Shown here piece by piece: positions 9,765-18,728 of a stretch of DNA of 33,352 bases. Every line of letters begins with the position of its first letter. Position 1 is the stretch's first letter. Source of the stretch: Candidatus Velthaea sp. (GTDB lineage Bacteria; Vulcanimicrobiota; Vulcanimicrobiia; Vulcanimicrobiales; Vulcanimicrobiaceae); the NCBI GenBank assembly GCA_050012475.1, contig JBEKHC010000054.1, forward strand, positions 1 through 33,352, given 5' to 3'. Made by a program: the position numbers and the translations under genes. The notes beneath the pieces are model-generated. The model did not search any database. It had not been told where the DNA came from and worked only from the letters and a program-made list of their open reading frames with translations.

Positions 9765-11186
9765 TTAATGCGGTGCGTAGGGGTCCGTAGCGTAAACGGC
9801 GCTGACGTCGACGGCGGGGATCGAGGTGCCGAACGCCGCGTCGAGCGTCTTGATGAAGATGTTGGCGATCACGGCGTATGCGGTGTTCGACGGATGGAGG
9901 CCGTCGAGGCTAAAGATACCTTCACCGTAGAGAATGCCGCAGCACTTTGCCGAAATCGGGATGCCGCCCGCGGCAAACACGGCATCGATGGGCGTGCGGA
10001 CGTCCACCAGCGTGGCGCCCGTTTGCGTGACCGCGGCGCCGATCGCTGCGTTGTACGCGCTGTTCAGCGCCGCGATCTTGAGCGCGACGGCATCGGGAAT
10101 GTAGTCACCGCCGCCCAATTGGGGCAGCGTTTGTCCCTTGGCCACGGCGCCCAGCACTTTTGTCAAACCGCTCACGGTCAGATACCCGTTGCTGCCCAGA
10201 CCGTACGCTGCATCGACCTGCGCGGCTAACTGCGGGCCCGCAACCGCCGCCGCGGCGGCGCCGAGCACCGGCGTGAGCCGGGCGGTAAACACTTGGGGCA
10301 ACAGCGGTTGGGCGACGTAGAACGCGGCGTGGAGAACGTCGAACAAATTTGCGACGGCAACTTTCGCACCCGATGCCTGAAGCGCTTTAACGATCGCGAC
10401 AACGTCGGTCTGTAATGCCGCCGGATCGGTCGGCGGCAACGCGCCGAGCCCATCGCCATATTTGATGAGGTCGTTGAAACCGAGCCAGACCGTGTCGATC
10501 GATCCGTGCAGGCCGGCAGCGGCCGCAACTTGCGTCGAATTCCGCGGAAAGTTCCCGAGTATGGGATAGAACGTATTGCTTTCCGAGCCGACGATGTTGG
10601 CCAAGCCGCCGAACACACCGGCGTTGACGGGCACGCCGCAACCGGCCTGCGGCCCGATTTGGTAGAGCGCCTCGTGCACGGTTTGGCCCGGAATCGCCAC
10701 GTCGTAGGGAACGACGTTGGGCGCCAGCCGTGTCCCCAGCGCCGTGGAGTACGCGTACGCGATTGCGTTGTTCGCGCCGCACGCTGTGGTGATGCTGGTG
10801 AGGTCCCCGGCGGCATCGGCCGGCGCGAGAATTTGGCCCAAGCCGGGGGGTGCGATCAACGGCAGCGGCGAGGTCGCCGGAATATTGACCGCCGCGCCGT
10901 TGGCTTGCGACCACAACAGCGCCCAGAAGCCGTGGGTCTGCGTGGCCTGGACGAACCCCAGCGGCAACGCGCTCGCAGCGACATCGCTACCCATGAGCCC
11001 ATTGGACTGCACGCCCGCCGTCAGACTGTCGCCGACGCCGACGAGCTTGAGCACCGGGACGGCCGCCGGAGCGCCCGTCGTTGCCGATGTCGCGCTTCCC
11101 AGCGGCGGAATCGTCCGGCCGCCGCCGCCTGAACACGCGGCCAGCGCAGCGGCCAGCGAGAGCGAAAGAACGGCGCGCATGCTCAT
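9765..11186 (-). CDS. SGNH/GDSL hydrolase lipoprotein
   Basis: Lipobox LAAC-SGGGG; block I GDSLTAG, block III LGFND, block V DGLHP. Confidence 0.85.
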   Translation of the reverse strand: MSMRAVLSLSLAAALAACSGGGGRTIPPLGSATSATTGAPAAVPVLKLVGVGDSLTAGVQSNGLMGSDVAASALPLGFVQATQTHGFWALLWSQANGAAVNIPATSPLPLIAPPGLGQILAPADAAGDLTSITTACGANNAIAYAYSTALGTRLAPNVVPYDVAIPGQTVHEALYQIGPQAGCGVPVNAGVFGGLANIVGSESNTFYPILGNFPRNSTQVAAAAGLHGSIDTVWLGFNDLIKYGDGLGALPPTDPAALQTDVVAIVKALQASGAKVAVANLFDVLHAAFYVAQPLLPQVFTARLTPVLGAAAAAVAGPQLAAQVDAAYGLGSNGYLTVSGLTKVLGAVAKGQTLPQLGGGDYIPDAVALKIAALNSAYNAAIGAAVTQTGATLVDVRTPIDAVFAAGGIPISAKCCGILYGEGIFSLDGLHPSNTAYAVIANIFIKTLDAAFGTSIPAVDVSAVYATDPYAPH

Positions 11187-12301
11187 AACGGAAGCACCGA
11201 CGGCGAACCGATGCCGAACTGAATTTGAACTTGTGAGGCGTGCAGACCGCCGATCGCGGCCGCGCTCAGCGCGCAGGCGCCCGAAGCGCTAATTTGCTGA
11301 CACGTCAACGAGGTGATTCCCGGGTGCTGCCGGTTCGATGCGCCGCCGGTCGAGCCGATCACCTGCACGAAGGTTTGCTTCGTAAAGCGGTGCGAGATCC
11401 CGAACACCAATGTCGGAACGTACTCGGGATCGGGGTCGATCGCAAAGTACTGAACCAGTCGCGACGGTTGGGCGAAGATCGTCGTCGAGCGGCTGGCCCG
11501 ATACTCGAGATACAACAACTCGAAAATCTGCGCGTGGTTGGGTGCGGCATTGGCGCCGTTGAGGTTAACGTTCCACTGCGCCGCCGCGGTCAGCGTGCCG
11601 AAGAAGCGGGACGACGCCACGAACGGTATGGTCAGCGGCAAGAGGTACTCTTCCGAAGATCGCAGGTGCACCGTTTGCGGCAACCCGTCGACCTCGATGA
11701 GCGCCGTATCGCCGTGACCGCCGACATTCGCCGTTCGCGCTAAGTATGTCGGCGAGATGATGATCGGGAACTTTCCGCCGATGGTGAACAAATTTTGCGA
11801 GACCAGCGTGAGGATCTTATTCTTGGTCGTCACGTCGATGGACTGCGAGCTTAAATTCGTCAGACCGACCGGAGATGACAGACCTTGCAAATACACCGGG
11901 ACGGTGCCGGTGTTGAAGCCGAACGGATACTCTTGGAACTCGTAGTAACCGGCCTGCAAGCGATTATGCTTGGTGAAGCCATAGCTTACCACCGCGTCGA
12001 TCCCGCCGGGCAATTCACTCTTCGATCCGGTTTGGCCGTACGGATACGCGATCGAGGCATCGAGCGTGTACGACAACCCCGTCGGCAAACCAGGCGAACT
12101 CAACGGGCGTTTGGGCGAACCAACCGGTAGCGCTTGGGCCATGACCTGGCGCAACTCCGCCGCGCTGGGCATCACCAGAGCAGAGTTCAGCGCGTACGCT
12201 GCAGCATCGTCGGCGCGGGCCAAGGCGGGCAGCACTGCAAGCGCGCACGACGCAAGCGTTGCCCACAACAAACGAAGACGAAGTCTCATCGCGTGGGCCA
12301 T
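11183..12301 (-). CDS. Exported protein, probable outer-membrane beta-barrel
   Basis: Signal peptide ending ARA-DD; alternating beta-strand segments (LSYTLDASIAY, LYLEYR, QVQIQFGIG); ATGA coupling to the GDSL gene. Start may be 12289. Confidence 0.55.
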   Translation of the reverse strand: MAHAMRLRLRLLWATLASCALAVLPALARADDAAAYALNSALVMPSAAELRQVMAQALPVGSPKRPLSSPGLPTGLSYTLDASIAYPYGQTGSKSELPGGIDAVVSYGFTKHNRLQAGYYEFQEYPFGFNTGTVPVYLQGLSSPVGLTNLSSQSIDVTTKNKILTLVSQNLFTIGGKFPIIISPTYLARTANVGGHGDTALIEVDGLPQTVHLRSSEEYLLPLTIPFVASSRFFGTLTAAAQWNVNLNGANAAPNHAQIFELLYLEYRASRSTTIFAQPSRLVQYFAIDPDPEYVPTLVFGISHRFTKQTFVQVIGSTGGASNRQHPGITSLTCQQISASGACALSAAAIGGLHASQVQIQFGIGSPSVLPL

Positions 12302-12349
12302 TAGCAATCCCGAGAAGAAAGTTCCTACTAGCTGGGTAATATCTGCGCG

Positions 12350-14128
12350 ATGACCGCGAGGCCGCAGACGCTCATCGCCCTGTTTGCCGACGTTTCGAGC
12401 GGTCCGGATCGTGCGATGCTCGCCCAGCGCGATGCCGACGGTATTTGGGTAATCACGGGCTCGCATGCTTTGCGCGAACGCGTTGCGGCGGCGGCGCTGG
12501 GTTTGCGTCAAGCCGGCATCGGGCGCGGCGACCGCGTTGCGATCATGTCGCCGAACCGGGTCGACTGGATCGTCGCCAACCTTGCCATCATCCACGCCGG
12601 TGCCGTGGTGGTGCCGCTGTATGCAACGCAAGCGCACGATCAGGTGCGCCATATCCTCGATAATAGCGAAGCACGCTTGATGTTCGTCGACTCGACCGCG
12701 ACGTGCGCCGCCTTGCGCGCTGCGGGCATCGAGCTGCCGCACTGCATTTCGTTCGATCCCGACGGCAGCGAGGATCTGGCGATGCTCGAAACCGCCGGAC
12801 GCGAGGCGCTGGTGCGCGAACCGGAAGCGCTCGCCGTCGTCGCCGCCCAAGCCGAGCCCGACGAGTTAGCGATGCTGATCTATACCTCAGGAACGACCGG
12901 CCAGCCCAAAGGCGTCATGCTCAGTCATCGCAACATCGCTTCCAACGCGGAGGATGCGTTTGCGATCTTGCGTGACATCATGCACCCCGGCGACGCGGTG
13001 CTCTCGATCCTGCCGTACGCGCACATCTATGAAAGCACGAACGTCTACGGCTATTTTTTGCGGCGTTCGGTCGTGTACGTCAACACCAATCTCGATCGCC
13101 TGCTCGAAGATCTGCGCTCCGTTCAGCCGGTGATGGTGCTGGCCGTGCCGCGGGTCTTCGAGCGCGTCCTCGTTGCGCTCGTGTCGAAAGCAAAGCAAGC
13201 CGGGGGACTGCGGGCGCGCGTGGTGCCCTGGGCGCTGGCCACCGGCCGCGACTACATGCGCATGAAAGCCGCCGGCAAAGCGGTGGACGCCCCGCTCGCC
13301 TTGCGCTACCGGGTCGCATACGCTTTAGCACTCGGGAAGATCCGGCCAGCGCTGGGGCTGCAGCAACTCCGGTTCTTCGGCAGCGGCAGCGCGCCGCTGC
13401 ATCCCGACACCGCCTTGACGTTTCTGGGCTTCGGCGCCCCGATCACCGAAGGCTATGGGCTCACGGAATGTTCGCCGGTCGTGACGACGAACTCGCCGCG
13501 CAACCCGCGCATCGGAACGGTCGGCCCGGCCATTCGCAACGTCGAAGTCAAACTCGCCGAAGACGGCGAGTTGCTGGTGCGCGGCCCAGGCGTGATGAAG
13601 GGGTATTACCACGATCACGATGCCACCGCCCGCGCGATTACCGACGGCTGGCTGCACACCGGCGATATCGCCACGATCCGCGCGGACGGCTGCGTGCGCA
13701 TCGTCGACCGCAAGAACGAGTTGTTCAAAACGTCGGGCGGAAAATTCATCGCGCCGGGGCGGATCGAGTCGGCAATGCTGCGCTCGATCTATTTCAATCA
13801 AGTCATGGTTTTCGGCGCTGGCCGGCCGCATCCGGCGGCGCTCGTTTCGCCGAATTGGAACAGCGTGCGCAGCGAACTGCATCTGTCGCCGGAGATCCGC
13901 CCGGTCGAGTTGGCGGCGCGGCGCGACGTGCTGCAGCTGCTGCAGCGCGAAGCGCAGGTGCACACGAGCGATCTCGCGCCGTTCGAGCACATTCGCACGA
14001 TCGGCGTTCTGCCGCGCGACCTGACCATCGAGGCCGGCGAACTTTCGCCGACGCAGAAGATCCGCCGGCGCGTCGTCGAGCGCTTGTACGCCGGGCTAAT
14101 CGAAGCGGTGATGCCGGCCGTCGCTTAA
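12350..14128 (+). CDS. fadD: Long-chain fatty acid--CoA ligase (AMP-dependent synthetase)
   Basis: YTSGTTGQPKG, EGYGLTE, GWLHTGD, DRKNELFKTSGGKFIAP, ELSPTQKIRR. Confidence 0.85.
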   Translation: MTARPQTLIALFADVSSGPDRAMLAQRDADGIWVITGSHALRERVAAAALGLRQAGIGRGDRVAIMSPNRVDWIVANLAIIHAGAVVVPLYATQAHDQVRHILDNSEARLMFVDSTATCAALRAAGIELPHCISFDPDGSEDLAMLETAGREALVREPEALAVVAAQAEPDELAMLIYTSGTTGQPKGVMLSHRNIASNAEDAFAILRDIMHPGDAVLSILPYAHIYESTNVYGYFLRRSVVYVNTNLDRLLEDLRSVQPVMVLAVPRVFERVLVALVSKAKQAGGLRARVVPWALATGRDYMRMKAAGKAVDAPLALRYRVAYALALGKIRPALGLQQLRFFGSGSAPLHPDTALTFLGFGAPITEGYGLTECSPVVTTNSPRNPRIGTVGPAIRNVEVKLAEDGELLVRGPGVMKGYYHDHDATARAITDGWLHTGDIATIRADGCVRIVDRKNELFKTSGGKFIAPGRIESAMLRSIYFNQVMVFGAGRPHPAALVSPNWNSVRSELHLSPEIRPVELAARRDVLQLLQREAQVHTSDLAPFEHIRTIGVLPRDLTIEAGELSPTQKIRRRVVERLYAGLIEAVMPAVA

Positions 14129-14129
14129 G

Positions 14130-14173
14130 TGGATTCGACTTCGTCGAATCCATCGCGTTTGCGCTTCGCGCAA
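14130..14173. repeat. Two adjacent hairpins between convergent genes (REP-like or terminator)
   Basis: TGGATTCGAC-TTC-GTCGAATCCA (14130-14152) and TTGCGC-TTC-GCGCAA (14159-14173). Confidence 0.55.
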
Positions 14174-14199
14174 GCCGCCCGTCGCCTATCGGCTTTAGG

Positions 14200-14982
14200 T
14201 TAGGAACCTGGGCGCCGAAAAGCCGCGGCCGCGCGCGCGAAATCTTCGGACTGCAAGAACGCGGCATTCCAGGCCGCGACGTACTGGAGGCTGTCGGCGA
14301 TCGGTTTGCCTTGCCCGGCGTTCATGACGTGCTTGATGCCGGACACCGTCGCCGGCGCGTGCGCGGCGATGGAGCGAGCGATCTCGACCGCGTGCGCGAT
14401 GACTTCGGGAACGACGGCGTTGACCAAGCCGATCTGCGCGGCCCGCTCCGCGCCAATGTCCGCGCCGGTGAGCGCGAGTTCGCGCGCGTGCCCTTCGCCC
14501 ACGATTCCCGGCAGACGAGCCAAGCCGCCAAGATCGGCGACGATCGCGAGCCGCACTTCGCGCAGCGAGAACCGGGCACCCGACTGGGCGTAGCGCAGGT
14601 CGCACGCGCACGCAAGTTCGAGCCCGCTGCCGATGCACCAGCCGCGAATAGCCGCCACGACGGGCAACCGCGACGTCTGGATCTGATTGAACGCACGCTG
14701 CATGCGCTCGATGAGCGTCAGCAGTTCGCGTCGCGCGTTCGCGCCGCGGTCGCTGGCAAGATCGTACGTTTCGAGCATGCGGCCGACATCGAGTCCAAAC
14801 GAAAAGTGCTCGCCGTTTCCGCAGATCACGACCGCACGAATCGCCGGGTCGGCCTCGAGTTCATCGAACGCCGCCGGGAGTTCGCTCCATGTCGCGGGGC
14901 CCATCGCGTTGCCTTGCCCCGGTCCGAGCAGCACGATGAAACCAACCGCCCCGTCTCGTTCGACACGCAGCGAATGCCGCAT
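14200..14982 (-). CDS. Crotonase/enoyl-CoA hydratase family protein (dienoyl-CoA isomerase ECH1-like)
   Basis: HFSFGLD, PVVAAIRGWCIGSGLELACACDLR, FSLREVRLAIVADLGGLARLP. Confidence 0.85.
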   Translation of the reverse strand: MRHSLRVERDGAVGFIVLLGPGQGNAMGPATWSELPAAFDELEADPAIRAVVICGNGEHFSFGLDVGRMLETYDLASDRGANARRELLTLIERMQRAFNQIQTSRLPVVAAIRGWCIGSGLELACACDLRYAQSGARFSLREVRLAIVADLGGLARLPGIVGEGHARELALTGADIGAERAAQIGLVNAVVPEVIAHAVEIARSIAAHAPATVSGIKHVMNAGQGKPIADSLQYVAAWNAAFLQSEDFARAAAAFRRPGS

Positions 14983-15103
14983 CAGCGCGTCCTCCGCCCG
15001 GAAAGTTCGCCGAGCGCGCCTTGCGGCGCAAAGCCGTGGGACATTGAAGTGCCTCCGAGAATGAACGAGCGACGAGACTCTTCTTCGACGAGGAGGTTCA
15101 GGA

Positions 15104-16756
15104 ATGACTTCGATCTTCCGCGCCGAGCCGGCCGTCGCAACGCTACCCGGGCTGATGATGGATATCCCGCTGACCATCACCGGCATCCTCGACCACGCGC
15201 TGCGCAATCACCCGCGGCGCGAGATCGTTTCGCGCGACGGAGCGGGATTGGTTCGCCAAACATACGCGCAATTCGGGCGTCGCGTGGCGCAGCTTGCGCA
15301 CGCGCTGCAGCGGCTGGGGGTGCGCGCCGGCGACCGGGTCGGCAGCTTCGGCTGGAACACCCACCGTCACCTGGAGCTCTATTATGCCGTCCCGTGCAGC
15401 GGAGCGATCCTGCACACGGCCAACATTCGCTTGTTCCCCGAGCAAGTAGCGCAGATCATCGAGCACGCCGGCGATCGCGTGGTCTTCGTCGACGGAAATC
15501 TGGTGCCGGCGATGCAAGCCGCGATCGCCGCCCGACCGGCGTTGGCCGACTTGACGTTCGTCGTGATGGGCGCGGCCGACGCGACGCTCCCCAACGCCCG
15601 CGACTACGAAACGTTGTTGGCAGCCGAACGCGAGCAGTACGACTATCCGGCTCTGTCCGAGTACGCCGCCGCCCTTTTGTGTTATACGTCGGCCACGACG
15701 GGCGAGCCGAAAGGGGCGCTCTATTCACATCGCTCGCAAGTGTTGCACGCGTTCGCGACCGGGCTCGTCGACGCGCTCGCGCTGTCGCAGCGCGATGCCG
15801 TTCTGCCGATCGTCCCGCAATTTCACGTCAACGCCTGGGGTCTGCCGTATTTGGCGCTCGTGGTCGGCGCGAAGATCGTGATGCCGGGCGCGCGTCTCGA
15901 TCCGGTCAGCGTTTGCGAACTCATCGAAGGCGAGGGCGTCACCGTTTCCGCCGGCGTTCCGACCGTTTGGCTTGCGGCGCGCGATTATCTGCTCGAAACC
16001 GGACGTGTGCCGCGCACGCTGCAGCGGATCGTCATCGGCGGCTCGGCCGTTCCGCCCAAACTGTTCGACGACCTCGAAGCAATGGGCATCCGCGTGCTGC
16101 ACGCATGGGGGATGACCGAGATGAGCCCGGTCGGCACGGTCTCGGTCGTCAAGGGCGAACTCGACGCGCTCTCGCCCGAGGCACGGCGGCTCAAACGGCT
16201 AAAACAGGGCGCGTTTTCGCCCATCGTGCAATGGAAAGTGCTCGACGACGACCATCGTGAGGTCCCGCGTGACGGGGTCACGCGCGGCGAACTGTACGTG
16301 CGCGGCCACTCGGTCGCCTCGGCATACTATGAAAACGCAGCCGCTACCGAAGCGGCCTTTCTCGACGGCTGGTTTCGGACCGGCGACATCGTCACGGTCG
16401 ACGAGGACGCTTACATGGAAGTCGTCGATCGCTCCAAAGACATGATCAAATCCGGCGGCGAGTGGATCAGCTCGGTCGAACTCGAGAACACGCTTATGGG
16501 GCATCCCGATGTCAAGGAAGCGTGCGTATTCGCCGTCCCGCACGACAAATGGATCGAACGTCCGGTCGCGGCGGTGGTTCTGCGCGCCGGCGCCCATGAC
16601 GACGAGCGGGCACTGCGCGATTGGCTTGCCGCGCGCGTCGCAAAGTGGTGGCTGCCCGACCGCATCGTGTTCGTCGATGCGATCCCGCGCACCGGAGTCG
16701 GAAAATTTCTCAAGCGCGCGCTGCGCGAGCGGTACGCGGACCTGCTGCGCCGCTAA
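15104..16756 (+). CDS. Fatty acid--CoA ligase (AlkK/DmdB-like family)
   Basis: CYTSATTGEPKG, FHVNAWGLPY, HAWGMTEMSP, DRSKDMIKSGGEWISSVELEN; upstream GAGGAGG. Confidence 0.9.
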   Translation: MTSIFRAEPAVATLPGLMMDIPLTITGILDHALRNHPRREIVSRDGAGLVRQTYAQFGRRVAQLAHALQRLGVRAGDRVGSFGWNTHRHLELYYAVPCSGAILHTANIRLFPEQVAQIIEHAGDRVVFVDGNLVPAMQAAIAARPALADLTFVVMGAADATLPNARDYETLLAAEREQYDYPALSEYAAALLCYTSATTGEPKGALYSHRSQVLHAFATGLVDALALSQRDAVLPIVPQFHVNAWGLPYLALVVGAKIVMPGARLDPVSVCELIEGEGVTVSAGVPTVWLAARDYLLETGRVPRTLQRIVIGGSAVPPKLFDDLEAMGIRVLHAWGMTEMSPVGTVSVVKGELDALSPEARRLKRLKQGAFSPIVQWKVLDDDHREVPRDGVTRGELYVRGHSVASAYYENAAATEAAFLDGWFRTGDIVTVDEDAYMEVVDRSKDMIKSGGEWISSVELENTLMGHPDVKEACVFAVPHDKWIERPVAAVVLRAGAHDDERALRDWLAARVAKWWLPDRIVFVDAIPRTGVGKFLKRALRERYADLLRR

Positions 16757-17538
16757 CGGTAGCAGTGCGCCGCCAACGCTTCGAGCGCCGCGGTCGTGGC
16801 GGCGGGTGCCTCGAGCATCGGCAGATGGCCGACGCCCGCGAGCCGTTCGACGCGGCAATCGGCGAGCGCCGCAGCGACGGGTCCGGCTGCAGCGGCGGGA
16901 ATCCACGGGTCGTCTTCGCCGGCGATCAAGGCGACGGGAACCGCGAGATCCTCGAGCAGGTCGCCCGAACCGACACGCTCCTTGATGCCGATGAGCTGGG
17001 CCGATGCGCCGGCCGCAGATTGGCGCGCGACGACGGCGCGCACGCGCTCGCGCACGTCGCCGGCGGCGTTCGCCGCGAGCGCGTGCGGAAGATAACACGC
17101 GAGCGCGGCAGCAATTCCGCGCGTTTCGAGTTGGGCGATCAGCGCATCGCACTGCGCCGAACGCTCGGCTGAATTTGCCTCGATCTCGCTCGCGATGAGC
17201 GCGATTCCGGCGACCCGTTCGGCATACATTCGAAAGAACGCCAGCGCGGCGAAGCCGCCCATGCCGTGACCGGCGATCACCGCCCGTTCGACGCCGAGCG
17301 CATCCAAGAGGCCGAACACGTCGCCCGCGAGCGACTCCATGAGCGCCGGTCCTTCGCCGCACGCCGACTCGCCCGATCCACGCAAATCGATCCGAACCAC
17401 GCGCCGGCGCGCGGCGAGCGCGACGTATTGCTGGTCCCACACGCTGCGGTCGAGCGCGAAGCCGTGCAGAAGAACGATCGGGTCGCCGCGGCCGCCATCG
17501 TCGTACGCCAAGCGAACCCCATCGATCATCCGGTGCAT
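16753..17538 (-). CDS. Alpha/beta fold hydrolase with nucleophile Ser replaced by Gly
   Basis: LLHGF, DLRGSGES, GHGMGG (canonical GHSMGG), GEDD, GHLPMLE. Confidence 0.85.
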   Translation of the reverse strand: MHRMIDGVRLAYDDGGRGDPIVLLHGFALDRSVWDQQYVALAARRRVVRIDLRGSGESACGEGPALMESLAGDVFGLLDALGVERAVIAGHGMGGFAALAFFRMYAERVAGIALIASEIEANSAERSAQCDALIAQLETRGIAAALACYLPHALAANAAGDVRERVRAVVARQSAAGASAQLIGIKERVGSGDLLEDLAVPVALIAGEDDPWIPAAAAGPVAAALADCRVERLAGVGHLPMLEAPAATTAALEALAAHCYR

Positions 17539-17641
17539 GCAGCGCCCTTCACGCCCGCTGCCCGGTCTTCTTCTCGCCGGTGAAAAAGGTTGCGCGCACC
17601 ATCGACGGGGTATGCATGACTCACGAGGAGGTGTGTATTTA

Positions 17642-18187
17642 ATGAAGTACGCGAGCGCGGCGCTTATTCTCACCCTGTTGCTCTGGGCGCCGGCGACGGC
17701 CGGCTGGAAAGGTCCGACGATGTACGACGGAACGCCCGACTTGAAATTGACCGCCGAGATGGTCGCCGCCGGCGGCGGTCCGGCACATTTCGATTCGAAG
17801 AAGCTCGTCGGCGTCATGGCGGGCAAAGGCGCGCCCGCGGCGTTGGCCTATTTGACGAAAACCTACGGTGCGGCCGACGTCGATGGGTTTTTTCGGACGT
17901 TCACCTACGCGGTCAACGATTCGCTCAAATACGCGACGGCCAAAAAAATCGCCCTGCCGGCCGTGACCGTGCCCAGCGGCGCGGTGCTCACGCAACAACT
18001 CTACAAAGCGGGTACCCTGCCTAACGGGCAATACGATCCCGGCTACATGCTCGAGAAGCTGGTCTCGCACCCGATCCACATGTGGGTGATGTGGGATATC
18101 AACCGCCAGCCCGACCTCGGCGCGAAGACGGACGAGACCTTCCACATCATCCTGACTGATGCGATGCATAAACTGGCGAATCATTAG
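17642..18187 (+). CDS. Exported hypothetical protein, predicted helical, His-containing C-terminus
   Basis: GAGGAGG before ATG 17642; signal peptide MKYASAALILTLLLWAPATA; GC3-biased codons. Confidence 0.75.
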   Translation: MKYASAALILTLLLWAPATAGWKGPTMYDGTPDLKLTAEMVAAGGGPAHFDSKKLVGVMAGKGAPAALAYLTKTYGAADVDGFFRTFTYAVNDSLKYATAKKIALPAVTVPSGAVLTQQLYKAGTLPNGQYDPGYMLEKLVSHPIHMWVMWDINRQPDLGAKTDETFHIILTDAMHKLANH

Positions 18188-18671
18188 CCTGATCGCGGCG
18201 ATCGCCGGCGGCGCGGGGAGACCCGGCGCCGCCGACGTTGTCGTGGGTACGCCGCCGCACGTCACGGTCGTCGACGACGCCGCGGTCGGCAAAGCGCTGC
18301 TGGGGCGATTCGACTATGTCGGCAGCTGGCAGCACGTTCGGGGGAAGAACGACGGCCGAACCAACGGAACGAGCACGCGCAGCACCCGGACCGGCGACGT
18401 CGCGATCTTTCGCTTTACCGGAACGCGCGTGCGGATCTACGGCGTGCTCGGGCCCAGCGGCGGCCGGGCCGGAATCGCGCTCGACGAAGCGTCGACGGGT
18501 GGCCGGCCGATCGAATTCTACGCGCCGCACCTGCGAACGCACGCGCTGGTGTACCAGAGTCCGGTGCTGCCCTGGGGCGTTCACACCGTTTCGATCGCCG
18601 TCTGGGGAACGCGCGACGTGCACGGCCGCTACTATTACGTGAACATCGACGGAGCCGAGTTCGAGTCGTGA
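18159..18671 (+). CDS. Exported protein, galactose-binding-like beta-sandwich
   Basis: N-terminal hydrophobic stretch; pattern YVGSW...GD.A.F.F.GT.V..YG..GP..G.A.I.LD...H.V.I resembles jelly-roll carbohydrate-binding modules. Confidence 0.6.
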   Translation: MRCINWRIISLIAAIAGGAGRPGAADVVVGTPPHVTVVDDAAVGKALLGRFDYVGSWQHVRGKNDGRTNGTSTRSTRTGDVAIFRFTGTRVRIYGVLGPSGGRAGIALDEASTGGRPIEFYAPHLRTHALVYQSPVLPWGVHTVSIAVWGTRDVHGRYYYVNIDGAEFES

Positions 18672-18728
18672 GCGCGCCTTGGCGGGGGCGAAAATGAACG
18701 CGGTGCCCCAAACGCAAACGCAGGACGC

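Noticed and set aside
13468..16260. 930-aa plus-strand ORF and other long alternative-frame or antisense ORFs (e.g. 21806-23533, 24512-25948, 29803-31167)
   Set aside because: Arg/Ala/Gly-rich, no motifs, and overlapping well-supported genes; expected shadow ORFs in high-GC DNA.
16753..17538. Calling the alpha/beta hydrolase BchO because it lies near bchD
   Set aside because: No BchO-specific features recognised; it overlaps an acyl-CoA ligase stop and is separated from bchD by two genes.
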